Part shown: positions 9,201-17,721 of the stretch, in pieces
Position numbering within the stretch: the first letter of the stretch is position 1
How the letters are laid out: each line of letters starts with the position of its first letter
DNA from: Syntrophales bacterium
GTDB taxonomy: Bacteria > Desulfobacterota > Syntrophia > Syntrophales > UBA2210
Direction of reading: 5' to 3'
DNA: 64,000 nucleotides
Assembly: GCA_963666365.2 (NCBI GenBank)
Contig: CAXXNF010000002.1
Span: 1,056,001 to 1,120,000 of the forward strand
Notes under the pieces: generated by a model
The model's database searches: none
The model's input: only the letters and a program-made list of their open reading frames with translations
Told to the model about the DNA's origin: nothing
Position numbers and translations under genes: made by a program

Positions 9201-11974
9201 CGGAGAATTGCGTCGGAGCTGAAAAATGCCTCATAGGGGAGACAGATGAGGGTAAATACACTCTGGCCAAGGCTCCTGCCGCTCCCCCGCAAAGCGGCAC
9301 GCACATGCTGACTGGGAAGGACATTGCCCGGCTTCTGAAAAAGATCCAGGAATGAGATAATCAGGGAAGGGATCAGGAGGACCCCCATCACCGACAGGGT
9401 CCAGAACCAGGGTGTGGGCAAAACCGTCCAACCCAGAAAGAGCAGCAGGGTCAACGCCAAAGGCGAGAGGCTGCGCCGCAGGTTGTCGAAAAGCTTCCAC
9501 CGGGAAAGCGGTGAGAGGGAATTCTTCTGAAATCGTGCATCCAGGCCGGGGACCCACGGAAGCACCCATCTGAGAATCTGCCAGTCCCCGCGAATCCAGC
9601 GGTGCCGTCGGCTTACGTCTGCGCTGTAGCGAGAGGGGTACTCCTCATATAGCTGCACATCGCTCAAAAAACCTGACCGTGCATAGCACCCTTCGATGAG
9701 GTCGTGACTTAAGATCCGGTTCTCAGGGAAGCGTCCCTTGAGGGCTCGCTCGAACGCATCAATCTCATAGATGCCCTTGCCGATAAAAGAACCTTCTCCG
9801 AAGAGGTCCTGGTATACATCCGAGATAACACGGGTATAGGGATCTATGCCTGCATCACTTCCCCACATGCGGGCATATCGTGACTTGTTCGTCCCCGGCA
9901 AACTGACGGCCACGCGGGGCTGAAGGATGCCGTACCCTGACGAGACACGACCCTTTTTTCCATCATAGTGCGGACAATTCAGCGGGTGTGCCATGGCTCC
10001 CACAAGCTGCCATGCCGCATCACGGGGGAGCTGTGTATCAGTGTCAAGAGTAATGACGTATTTCACCTTCTCTAATGCTTCCGTATTGCCGACTATGAGT
10101 GAGAAGGACTCTCTTCCGTCCCCACGGAGAAAAGAATTCAGCGCCGCAAGCTTTCCCCGCTTACGTTCATAACCCATCCAGACATGGTCCAGGAGATTGA
10201 AGCGGCGTGGACGATGGAAAAGGAAAAAGGGGTCGTTTTTTGAAGTTCTGTATTTTTCATTAAGCGCTTCGATTCTTCGCCGGGCCGTCAACAACAGCAG
10301 TGCATCATCGGGCAGTGTTTCCTCGCCGGCGTCCCGAAAATCAGTGATCAGGGCAAAACGAAGGTTTTCGTCTCTATTTGCGAGAAACCTGATCTCCAGC
10401 GCATCCATCAAATGCTCGATGTTTTCAGTGTCGCTGAGCATAGTAGGAACCACGACCAGAGTAAGCGATTCCGGAGGAATCCCTTTGGAAAAGTCCATTC
10501 TGGGGAGGGGGCGGGGTGTCACAAGTCGCGTTGTAAGCCAGTTCGTCAGAGCTATCGATAGCTGGCTTACACAGAGAAGCGAGAGTATGCCGATAAGCCA
10601 CAGCCAGGGGCCGTGCAACCCACTGGAATGGGCCTCTGCAAGCAACCACCCGGTAAAGATTACCGTCATCATACAGATCGTGCCAAGATAGAAGGACAGA
10701 GGAAATCGGTGAATTGCCCTTTGGACCCTCTCTGTGGAAGATACATGCACGCCGGCAAGCCCTTCGAGCTGAATCAGCCCCTTGTCCAGAAGGTAGAAGC
10801 CGACATGTTTTGCCCGATTATCGTCGTCATCCATGCTGCCTGCGCTCTCCCCGGCAAGGCGGATCGCCTCGCGTGCCACTTCGTCTTCGGATAATCGGCT
10901 GCTCTTCGCTATCTTCTCCACGACGTGACGGTATTGATCACGAGTCGCAAAATCCATTTTACCGTACACATCACTGGGGTCCTCGCAGAGAGTTTTTTCG
11001 ACAGCACTCATGGTTTCGACGAATTTACGCCAGTCCATGGCGCCCAGGAAACGGAGGCTGCCGATGCTGTTGCTTATGGAAAGCTGATCCGCCGCCTGTT
11101 GCTGGTTTTCCGACTGCACTAATTGTTCAATCGTCAGGCTTGACTCGGACAGTTGCTGCTCAATCCAGGTGAGCGGTAATGCGAGAGCAGAACCTCGGCC
11201 CTTCAGACGGCGCGTAAGCTCTGCAACAAAGGAACTGACCATGGGAGGCTTTGAGCGTGCCATGTCGGCGATGACCAGAATTAAATCCTTCGGGTTTTTC
11301 CCGGCGGTCTCAGTAATCCGGTCCCCCCAATAATCGGCATGGTTACGGTCGATCCTGCGGGCAGCAATCCGCGTTGCAATGCGCCGGAGATTCTCGATCA
11401 GTGCCAGGCGCAGCATGATGGGGATAGCCCATAATTCACCCAGTTGCAGCACGGTGACTGTCTGATAGGCTGCGACGAAATTGGTGAGACTCTCAGTATC
11501 CACCCAGCCATCGCCGTGAGAGATCGTCTCCAATGCAATGTCGTACACACGTGGAATCCCTTTTGAGGGATTCTTTTTCAAGCGGGGCAGCCCCCTGCTG
11601 TATCCCTTTGGCAGGTGTCTCTTGGCAGTGAGAATTTGTTCTTCCACGAGATAGAAGTTATCAAGGAGCCATTCTCCTGCAGGTGTAATCCTCCGGTTCC
11701 CTTTAACGGCCTCTTGGAGCAGGTCGCGAACTTCATGGAGGACGCCTTCATTCTCACTGAGCCGCGTCAGCAGTTGTTCGCGCGTATGGCCTGAGCTCAA
11801 AGTGTGGGCTTCGGCAAGGGCCTTGCCGTGGTGCTCCATCCGGGAGGCGCTGAACAACTCCGCTCGGAGGGGCGGCTCGTCGCCGGTGGGTATGCGCGCG
11901 GGACTCTTTCCACGGAGGCGCGCACGCAATTGGTGAAGGCCCCCGTTAATGGTTTCCAGGTTTATCATTTTCAT
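3233..11974 (-). CDS. ndvB: Cyclic beta-1,2-glucan synthase (Cgs/NdvB/ChvB type: GT84 + glycoamylase-like + GH94 phosphorylase domains)
   Basis: About 2900 aa with YVITLDTDT, SHDLIEG, RRHRWIRGDWQ, YYDLLASEAR, QSGGAFGFRDQLQD, GDWNDGMN and ENGGQYTH motifs. Start is uncertain; the ORF-track ATG at 12046 lies inside the predicted promoter. Confidence 0.95.
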   Translation of the reverse strand: MKMINLETINGGLHQLRARLRGKSPARIPTGDEPPLRAELFSASRMEHHGKALAEAHTLSSGHTREQLLTRLSENEGVLHEVRDLLQEAVKGNRRITPAGEWLLDNFYLVEEQILTAKRHLPKGYSRGLPRLKKNPSKGIPRVYDIALETISHGDGWVDTESLTNFVAAYQTVTVLQLGELWAIPIMLRLALIENLRRIATRIAARRIDRNHADYWGDRITETAGKNPKDLILVIADMARSKPPMVSSFVAELTRRLKGRGSALALPLTWIEQQLSESSLTIEQLVQSENQQQAADQLSISNSIGSLRFLGAMDWRKFVETMSAVEKTLCEDPSDVYGKMDFATRDQYRHVVEKIAKSSRLSEDEVAREAIRLAGESAGSMDDDDNRAKHVGFYLLDKGLIQLEGLAGVHVSSTERVQRAIHRFPLSFYLGTICMMTVIFTGWLLAEAHSSGLHGPWLWLIGILSLLCVSQLSIALTNWLTTRLVTPRPLPRMDFSKGIPPESLTLVVVPTMLSDTENIEHLMDALEIRFLANRDENLRFALITDFRDAGEETLPDDALLLLTARRRIEALNEKYRTSKNDPFFLFHRPRRFNLLDHVWMGYERKRGKLAALNSFLRGDGRESFSLIVGNTEALEKVKYVITLDTDTQLPRDAAWQLVGAMAHPLNCPHYDGKKGRVSSGYGILQPRVAVSLPGTNKSRYARMWGSDAGIDPYTRVISDVYQDLFGEGSFIGKGIYEIDAFERALKGRFPENRILSHDLIEGCYARSGFLSDVQLYEEYPSRYSADVSRRHRWIRGDWQILRWVLPWVPGLDARFQKNSLSPLSRWKLFDNLRRSLSPLALTLLLFLGWTVLPTPWFWTLSVMGVLLIPSLIISFLDLFQKPGNVLPSQHVRAALRGSGRSLGQSVFTLICLPYEAFFSSDAILRTLWRMLVGNKRLLEWNPSGDSDRSRRKGLAGTCRTMWISPVIAVATATDLALSRPETLAVALPVLCLWIISPLIAWWISEPLTSREARLSSDQITFLRKISRKTWSFFEAFVGPEDHWLPPDNFQEHPLAKIGHRTSPTNMGLALLANLSAWDFGYISAGQLLDRTASAFRSMAAMERHKGHFYNWYDTESLKPLLPMYVSTVDSGNLAAHLLTLRAGLTSLPDEKIMGSKVFDGLLDTLRVLMDVAGETAPVRLIQLQDDLASLCVSQPATLEVAQASLSNLATSALEMVQGFYVVDADPESQAAWWARAFVGQCRAALDELTFLAPWTVCPFSRKAQDNIPILGEMPTLRTLADIDNEFLTEAAEPRDGSPEEQRQLDEFRGAITEARIRARARIGVIEDLVSQSGELARSEYDFLYDETRHLLAIGYSVSENRRDASYYDLLASEARLSSFVAIAQGQLPQESWFALGRLLTSIAGEPILLSWSGSMFEYLMPLLVMPTYEHTLLDETYKAAVARQIEYGKKRGVPWGVSESGHNTIDGHLNYQYGPFGVPGLGLKRGLAGDLVVAPYASTLALMVAPEEACLNLEELSAQGFEGKYGFYEAIDYTPSHLPRGQSSAVVRSFMAHHQGMSLLALASLLLNRPMQRRFESDPSFQAIMLLLQERVPKATAFYSHTTDLADVHTVLNALEEMPIRVYARPDTPMPEVQLLSNGRYHVMITHAGGGYSHWKELAVTRWREDSTCDNWGTFCYIRDPATGAFWSTAYQPTLKASMQYEAIFSEGRAEFRRRDQDFDTHTEIAVSSEDDIELRRITITNQAQTSRTIELTSYVEVVLAPLAQEVLHPAFSNLFVQTEIISERSAILCTRRPRSLEEQAPWMLHLMAVHGAKIGEVTYETDRMRFIGRGNTIADPEAMNGSTRLSGSEGSVLDPIAAIRYHITLDPEKSATIIVVTGITETRDACMDLVGKYQDRHIAERVFDLAWTHSQVLLQQINATEADAQLYGRLAASIIYANSSLRAGPGTLSKNRRGQSGLWGYSISGDLPIVLLQIEDPANINLVRQLVQAHAYWRLKGLAVDLVIWNEDHAGYRQLLHDQIMGLIAAGTEANVTDRPGGIFVRTSDQISKEDRVMFQAVARVIITDRRGTLADQFKQQGLTEGMVPAPVPPRTTRGDVPAIAAQPRKDLIFGNGLGGFTPDGREYVISTARGQVTPAPWVNVIANRFFGTVVSESGCAYTWSENAHEFRLTPWHNDPVSDSRGEALYIRDEERGHYWSPMPLPSRGPTPYVTRHGFGYSVFEHTERGISTEVWVYVALDAAVKFTVLKVRNQSGRSRQLSATGYAEWVLGDLRPKSAMHVITEINPRSGALFARNPYHAEFGNRTAFFNVDDATRTITGDRTEFLGRNGTLANPAAMARSKLSGKVGAALDPCGALQVAFELAEGEEREIVFTLGAGRDADDAVNLAYRFRGPAAAREALEAVWEYWNHTLGAVQVATPDQSINVLANGWLLYQTLACRLWGRSGYYQSGGAFGFRDQLQDVMALIHTEPRLVREHLLLSASRQFPEGDVQHWWHPPSGRGVRTHCSDDFLWLPLATYRYVLISGDKGVLDEPVHFIKGRPVNADEDSYYDLPGSSEETASLYDHCVRAILRGLRFGEHGLPLIGSGDWNDGMNMVGKDGKGESVWLAFFLYEVLMRFIEIARMHGDPSFAERCEKEAGNLRRNIEKNGWDGEWYLRAFFDDGTPLGSAVNPECRVDSIAQSWSVLSGAGSLTRSQRAMDAVDRHLVRRDYKLIQLLDPPFDKSDLDPGYIKGYVPGVRENGGQYTHGAIWAAMAFAAMGDSRRSWELLTMINPVNHGGSAKGMGTYKVEPYVVAADVYAVPPHMGRGGWTWYTGAAGWMYRLIVESLLGLKLEVDTLHIEPCLPADWEGYTMHYRYRETIYHIKIVQGQVGKDERSMTLDGVVQREHTIPLVDDHSEHFVEVIVAPIRLSPV

Positions 11975-12034
11975 CTGTATCAGTGGTGACGATTTGCCAA
12001 TACGACTCATCCAGCCGTTATTCAGAAATTTTAC

Positions 12035-12050
12035 TTCAATCTTCATGCCA
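12035..12050 (-). promoter_or_regulatory. sigma54 promoter of cgs
   Basis: TGGCATGAAGATTGAA, nearly identical to the element at 27762-27777. Confidence 0.65.
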
Positions 12051-12149
12051 GTTTTTTAACGCTCGTCATCATGGCTTCATTGGTCTGTTTTTTCAGGATT
12101 AATCGGCAGAACGAAACGTACGAGGAACCCATTGGCGACCCATTAAAAA

Positions 12150-12180
12150 GGTCATATGCACCCAGTGGTCATATATGGCC
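12150..12180. promoter_or_regulatory. Tandem enhancer (UAS) sites for a sigma54 activator
   Basis: GGTCATATGCACCC (12150-12163) and GGTCATATATGGCC (12167-12180), 17 bp apart and 100-130 bp upstream of the -24 element. Confidence 0.65.
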
Positions 12181-12245
12181 CTTTTTGCGTTTTTCTACGC
12201 GCTGGAGGCAGTGAAGATACACGCGGCTTGAAATCGGAATGAGAT

Positions 12246-13664
12246 TTACGGTTTGTGGATATTGAGTTTGCGCATGCGGGCGCGCAAGGTGCTGCGGTCG
12301 AGGCCCAGGATTTCAGCCGCACTGTTTTTACCGCTTACTTTCCAGTCGGTCTGTTCAAGCACTTGCCTGATATAGTCTCGTTCGACATTCTCCAGGGTTT
12401 GTACGGATTTTGCGAGATTCTTGTACGGCTTTTTCAGTTCATCCACCAACCGCAGCTTGGGGCCCGAGGAGTTGATCACCGCACGTTCGAGTACATTTTC
12501 CAGTTCGCGCACATTGCCGGGCCAATGGTACTGTTGCAGTGCGTCCATCACGCCCACCGGAACCGTCTTGGTGTCTTTACCCAGTCTTCGTGAAATCCGG
12601 TTAATATAAAAATTGACCAGCAACGGTATGTCGTCCAGACGATCGCGCAGGGGCGGCATGGTTATCGGAAAGATATTCAGCCGGTACCACAAATCCTCCC
12701 GGAAAACGCCTTTTTGGACATCGGCTTGCAAATCGCGGTTGGTGGCGGCAATGATGCGCACATCCACTTTTCTGGTTTCCGAACTGCCCAGGCGTTCGAA
12801 CTCTCCGTCTTCTATCACCCGGAGCAGCTTGGGTTGCAGTTCCAGTGGCAATTCGCCGATTTCGTCCAAAAAAAGGGTTGCGCCGTCGGCAACTTCAAAG
12901 CGACCCAGCCGCCTGGATTGCGCTCCTGTGAAGGCGCCTTTCTCATGGCCGAAGAGTTCGCTTTCAATCAGGTTCGATGGCAGGGCGGCGCAATTTATTT
13001 TGACCAGGGCGCGATGCTTGCGCAGGCTTGTGCTATGGACGGCACGGGCAATCAATTCCTTGCCGGTTCCGGTTTCTCCGAGAATCAACACATTGTTGTC
13101 GGTGTCGGCGATTTGTTCCACCTTGAAAAACACATAATTGATGGCATCGCTCTTTCCGACGATGTTCTCGTGGTTGTAGACCAGTTTGATTTCTTCCTGA
13201 AGATAGGCTCTCTCGGCTTCGAGCTGCTCCTTGAGTGTTTTGATTTCGGCCGTTCGTTTTTCAACCAGCTCCTCAAGGTGCTTTTTGTAATATTCGCGCT
13301 CGGTCACATCCTCAATGGCCAATAGAATCAATCGGGTTTGGTTGCCTTGGTCGTAGATCCGCCGGGCATTCAGGTGCATGACTTTGCGGCCGATAGTTTC
13401 AAAGTCATGTTCCACCTCAAAATCGTGAAAATCGGTATTTTGAGGAAGGATATCTTCCAGCAGTTTTCTTAAGTCGGGGATGTCCCATTGCCGGTTGCCC
13501 AGATCGTATATCAGCGCGCCCTCGGTTTCGGCGGGCTTGACATTAAATGTCCGGTAAAAAGAAGTATTGGCCGTTACGACTTTCAAGTCCGAATCCAGAA
13601 GGATCAAGGGTTCGCGAATCGACCCAAGGATGCTGTTGTGAATATCCAGAAAGTTCTTGTTCAT
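12246..13664 (-). CDS. PAS-domain sigma54-dependent transcriptional activator (FhlA/NtrC family)
   Basis: N-terminal PAS, coiled coil, Walker A GETGTGKE, GAFTGA, LFLDEIGE, WPGNVRELEN and a C-terminal Fis-type HTH. Confidence 0.95.
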   Translation of the reverse strand: MNKNFLDIHNSILGSIREPLILLDSDLKVVTANTSFYRTFNVKPAETEGALIYDLGNRQWDIPDLRKLLEDILPQNTDFHDFEVEHDFETIGRKVMHLNARRIYDQGNQTRLILLAIEDVTEREYYKKHLEELVEKRTAEIKTLKEQLEAERAYLQEEIKLVYNHENIVGKSDAINYVFFKVEQIADTDNNVLILGETGTGKELIARAVHSTSLRKHRALVKINCAALPSNLIESELFGHEKGAFTGAQSRRLGRFEVADGATLFLDEIGELPLELQPKLLRVIEDGEFERLGSSETRKVDVRIIAATNRDLQADVQKGVFREDLWYRLNIFPITMPPLRDRLDDIPLLVNFYINRISRRLGKDTKTVPVGVMDALQQYHWPGNVRELENVLERAVINSSGPKLRLVDELKKPYKNLAKSVQTLENVERDYIRQVLEQTDWKVSGKNSAAEILGLDRSTLRARMRKLNIHKP

Positions 13665-13779
13665 TTGGTGATTCCATGTGAGTTGAGGTAAGGTCTCAAA
13701 CTGCTGTTACACTAACATATAATTCGGACGGCATCAATTTTTTTGGCGAAAAGGAACAGCATGGCCAGTCTTGATGTAC

Positions 13780-13880
13780 CCCCATTCATCCCGACCGCAG
13801 ACGGTCGGGATGAATGGGGCCGCGCCTATCGCCGCGTGCCGCCGCCTGTGGCGGATGAACACGCGGCCCCAATAAGCGGA
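13780..13880. repeat. Composite palindromic (REP/MITE-like) element
   Basis: Perfect 18-bp stem CCCCATTCATCCCGACCG/CGGTCGGGATGAATGGGG, followed by a nested GCCGCGTG...CACGCGGC hairpin. Confidence 0.55.
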
Positions 13881-15198
13881 GGCGCTCGAGTCAATTGATT
13901 TTTCATTGTCTTACTCCCTTGCTTTTTCGTTTCCCGCTGTTTCACGCCGGGCACGTGTTATGAAACTGCGGCCTTCCGGAAAAGGTTCATGAAAGGGAAC
14001 CTCCGCTTTTCTCCGGTCGCTCGGCGCATCAGACGATAAACTTTCTGTTCTGTTGCTCGGAATAAACCCGTGCCGGGGGCATTTGTCTCCGCACGCCGGG
14101 CGTGTGGGCCTATTGTGCAATTATTTCAAAAAGAACCCGCATGTTCGCCTTTGCTTCCTTTGAGTATATGTTCTCCGGAATGGGCTCATACATGGCCGGC
14201 CGCTTCTCGCCATATCCGACTCTGGTCAGTTGTTTTGCCGGACTCAGTCCTTCATTTGCGAGGTAGTCATAGACAGCCTTTGCTCGTCTTTCGCTCAACT
14301 TCTGGTTGTATTCTTCAGTGCCTTTAGCAGAGGTATATCCGGCTATACGGATTGTGGCTTTTGGGTTGTCTTCCAGAAGCTGGATCCTCCTTTTCAGTTT
14401 CGCCTGCGCTTCTTTTGTAAGGGTGGACTTATCGAAATCAAAATGTACGTCCTCAAACGCAAGGACAACTATCTTTCTTTCAGCCGGCGACTCATCCGCA
14501 ATGGTCTTTACCATCTCTTCGACCTTCGGTTCGGTCATGGGGACAAGGACTATTGCCTTTTCTTCAACTTTGGCACCAGATTTAGGTTCATACTTTATGC
14601 CCTGGGCCTTTGCTGGCTTTGCCTTGCCGCCGAACGAAAAGACGATTCCGAAGGTAGCTACAAGATTGTGGAAGGTCTCATCAAAAACCATATTATCCCT
14701 GAGATCCAGTCTTAAGCCGAAATTGTCGGTCAACCAGTATTTCGCGCCTACGCCAAAACTAACAAACGCCATGTCATGGTCGTTTATCTTCGGATCATAG
14801 TGGGCGAATCCATAACCGGCAGCAACGAAGGGGTTAAATTTTTTCTCGGGCATAAAGTGATAGAGAAGATCGAGATGATAAAAGGTAATATCAAATACAG
14901 GATTAGTCCCGAGTCGAGGAACGAGCGCTCGGAACTAATCCATGGTTCAAGAAGCCGCGGGCTATAGGGGAAAAGGTTCGATAATCCTGGGATGGTTTTG
15001 AAGATTGAATCAGGTAAAAGACCGGAAGAAGATCTTTGAAAACATGGTCAATCGAAAGTAAAGGGATTCATCGTCATGAGAAATCCTGATTAAAAGGGTT
15101 AAAAGCCTGCCTTTGGGCAGACGGGTGCTATAGAGCATTCCCTAGTATAGATCATCTCTCGTGGCCTGAAAAAAATCATTGTCTTGCAGATATATTTT

Positions 15199-16293
15199 CT
15201 ATCCCGAAGGACCCCATCGGGGCATAGGACTTACAAAGGCAATAAACCTTAACGCCTGTCCACAGCAGGGACATTTAATCCCTTCCCCTTTATGTTCGGG
15301 TGTGTTGGGTAAGAGATCACGGATGACATCGTGGATTAATGAAATGAGTTCACGCAGCTGTTCGATTGAGAAGGAACTGTTTGAATTGAGAAAGCCGTAG
15401 TATCGTATTTTCATAAGCCCTTTCGGCAGGACATGCTGAAGAAATCTTCGGATAAACTCCACGGCATCAAGCTTCATGGTTTTCCATGTCTTCTTCCGAC
15501 GATCTTTATATCGAAATGTAATGACGCCGTTTTCAATATTTTTAATGCGGTTATTAGAGATGGCGACGCGGAAGACATACCGTGAAAGGTAGCGCAGAGA
15601 GTTTTGCCCCGTTCCCACGGCCTGACTATCGACAACCCATTGTTGCGTCCAGAGGTCGGGATGAATGGTATCAAAGAGTCTGGCCTTTTTCATTGCATCC
15701 CGGAACTTGGCCCGAAAGATGATTGCCAGGGGTTGTGTGTGCACAAAGAGATCTTGTCTTGAGGATACCCATTGATCTCCTTTTTCGGATACTGCGCCGC
15801 CCGGAATAACCAGATGGAGATGAGGGTGATACTGAAGCATGTTTCCCCAGGTATGGAGCACGGCCAGATAACCGATTCGTGTTGAGCCGACAAACCGCTT
15901 GTCTTTCGCTAATTTCCTTAGCGCTGCATGAGCGCATGAGAACATGGCCGCATAAACGATCTTTTGATGGGATCTGGCAACTTCCCGAAGGCCTTGCGGC
16001 AGCGTTATGGTTAAGAGGAAATAATGGGTGGGCAAAAGCTGTTCCATCTGTTTGTGAAGCCATTGATCCCTTTTATCATGCTGACAGTTCGGACAGTGGC
16101 GATTCCCGCAGCAACAGGGAATGGAGTGTATGGCGCCACAGTCATGACAGCCATACACAATCGTTCCGAAAGAACCACTGCGGCAATCAGTGATATCCTG
16201 CATGGCTTTTTTATGAATGTGCGGCATTCGGTCGCCATGCAGCGCCAGATAGTGCGGCCCATATATCTGGAAGATTTTTTGAATAGCGCTCAT
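15199..16293 (-). CDS. IS91-family (Y2) rolling-circle transposase
   Basis: Zn-binding CHDCG...CCGNRHCPNC, HUH motif HPHLH, YLSRY Y2 motif, FIRRFLQHVLP and IRYYGFL. Confidence 0.93.
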   Translation of the reverse strand: MSAIQKIFQIYGPHYLALHGDRMPHIHKKAMQDITDCRSGSFGTIVYGCHDCGAIHSIPCCCGNRHCPNCQHDKRDQWLHKQMEQLLPTHYFLLTITLPQGLREVARSHQKIVYAAMFSCAHAALRKLAKDKRFVGSTRIGYLAVLHTWGNMLQYHPHLHLVIPGGAVSEKGDQWVSSRQDLFVHTQPLAIIFRAKFRDAMKKARLFDTIHPDLWTQQWVVDSQAVGTGQNSLRYLSRYVFRVAISNNRIKNIENGVITFRYKDRRKKTWKTMKLDAVEFIRRFLQHVLPKGLMKIRYYGFLNSNSSFSIEQLRELISLIHDVIRDLLPNTPEHKGEGIKCPCCGQALRFIAFVSPMPRWGPSG

Positions 16294-17165
16294 GACAACA
16301 CCCCCTGCATCACCTGTGAGACCCTAGTATGGGAATCGGTTTGGGCCTGAGTGGTCACATGCAGATACACCATGGTGCTTTGCAACGTTTTGTGGCCCAA
16401 TATTTTTTGGACATGCCGTATGGGGATATTGGCTTCCAGCAGGTGCGTTGCATAGGCATTGCGAAAGACATGGGGATGAATATGTTTTTTAAACCCCAGA
16501 CGCTTCAATGTGCGTTGCAGAACCCCTTGGACGCCGCTGTCGCTGACATGTGCATTTGCAAATTGAGCATCTTTGCCTCCGTTGTGACCCAGGGCGGGAA
16601 AGATCCATTTTGGATTGCGGTGGCTTTTATAGTACTCACGTAAAGCCAAGAGGGTGATTTTCGGTAAGGGGACTGTCCGATCCAGTGCCCCTTTCCCCGC
16701 ATGGATGTGAACCAGACCCCGATCGGAGAGAATGTCCCCGACTTGCAGCGTCGTTGCTTCCCTGAGACGAAGTCCCAGGGAATATAAGGTCAGGTAAAAG
16801 GTATGACTCTGTAACGTGGGAAGGGCATAAATGATCTTTCTCACTTCCTGAAGGCTTAAGATAGTGGGAAGCGTCTGGTCACGCTTCCACTTGATTTCAT
16901 TGAAAATGTTCCAGGACCGGACAAGCGTCCTGGTGAAAAAATGCTGGATTCCGGCGTAACTGATTCGTAACGATGCAGCGCTCCAGCCGAATTCACTTTG
17001 GCAACAAAGCCAATATTGACGCAGTTCCTCTTCGGTGATATCTTCTAGCGGCTTGTTGTAAAAGCGTTGCAAGCGCAATACGGAACTTACATACGACTGA
17101 ATACTTCTTTTTGCATAACCGGCTAACTGGAGATCCTCCTTGAAACGTTTGATCACATGGCTCAT
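16290..17165 (-). CDS. Tyrosine recombinase with N-terminal SAM-like domain
   Basis: Catalytic residues R (GLRLRE), K (GKG), HxxR (HVFR), H (LGH) and Y (TMVYLH); AAGGAAG RBS before MSHVIKRF. Confidence 0.93.
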   Translation of the reverse strand: MSHVIKRFKEDLQLAGYAKRSIQSYVSSVLRLQRFYNKPLEDITEEELRQYWLCCQSEFGWSAASLRISYAGIQHFFTRTLVRSWNIFNEIKWKRDQTLPTILSLQEVRKIIYALPTLQSHTFYLTLYSLGLRLREATTLQVGDILSDRGLVHIHAGKGALDRTVPLPKITLLALREYYKSHRNPKWIFPALGHNGGKDAQFANAHVSDSGVQGVLQRTLKRLGFKKHIHPHVFRNAYATHLLEANIPIRHVQKILGHKTLQSTMVYLHVTTQAQTDSHTRVSQVMQGVLS

Positions 17166-17721
17166 GGTATCTTCCTTTCTTCTTTTAACCTTGTCGGGTA
17201 GAAGATACCGACCTGCAAGCCGGTATGAAGATACCATGACTTATTTGATCAAACAATGATGGTTGAAAATCATTAATCTGCCGCGTAGCGGCTTACTTGA
17301 ACCACATCATCAATGGGACTTGTGAACTGCCCTTCTTTGGTCCACGGTATTGCGGTGTTATCGACACTTGTTTTGATATGTTCTCCAACGACTTCAATCC
17401 CGAGATTGCGGGTAAAATTATAGCCAAACCGTCCGCCGAATATGAAATCGTCTTCCAGATTCTGGTCGCGTTCGAAGAAATTGTATCCCGCGAACGGGCT
17501 CACCTCAAAGCTTCCTGCTCTTATCTGTGAGTGGGCAGGCAAGGGCAGGAGCAAAGTAAGGGCGAACAACACCATTGCTGTTTTTATAACAGGGATCATT
17601 AAAAAATTTTTTTTCATCTGAAATCTCCTTTTTCATAATAACTGTACCTTCACTCCTATATTGTGACCTTCCCCCGTGCTTAGCAGGGGAAGGTCGCCTT
17701 TTGAACCGCATAGTGCATTCT

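Larger units (their letters stand above)
14895..17304 (-). mobile_element. IS91-like element encoding a tyrosine recombinase and a Y2/HUH transposase (about 2410 bp)
   Basis: Boundaries defined by restoring the ompA frame (1-bp ambiguity); no target-site duplication; two overlapping cargo-free genes. Confidence 0.9.
14110..17617 (-). pseudogene. OmpA-family outer membrane protein (beta-barrel + peptidoglycan-binding domain), interrupted by a mobile element
   Basis: Joining 17617-17305 to 14894-14110 gives an intact 1098-nt frame (...SPIDD-V-DITFYHLDLLYHF...); signal peptide, HFDFDKS and YNQKLSERRA motifs. Confidence 0.9.

Noticed and set aside
11975..12046. N-terminal extension of Cgs from ATG 12046
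   Set aside because: That ATG lies inside the predicted sigma54 promoter; a downstream start is more plausible.
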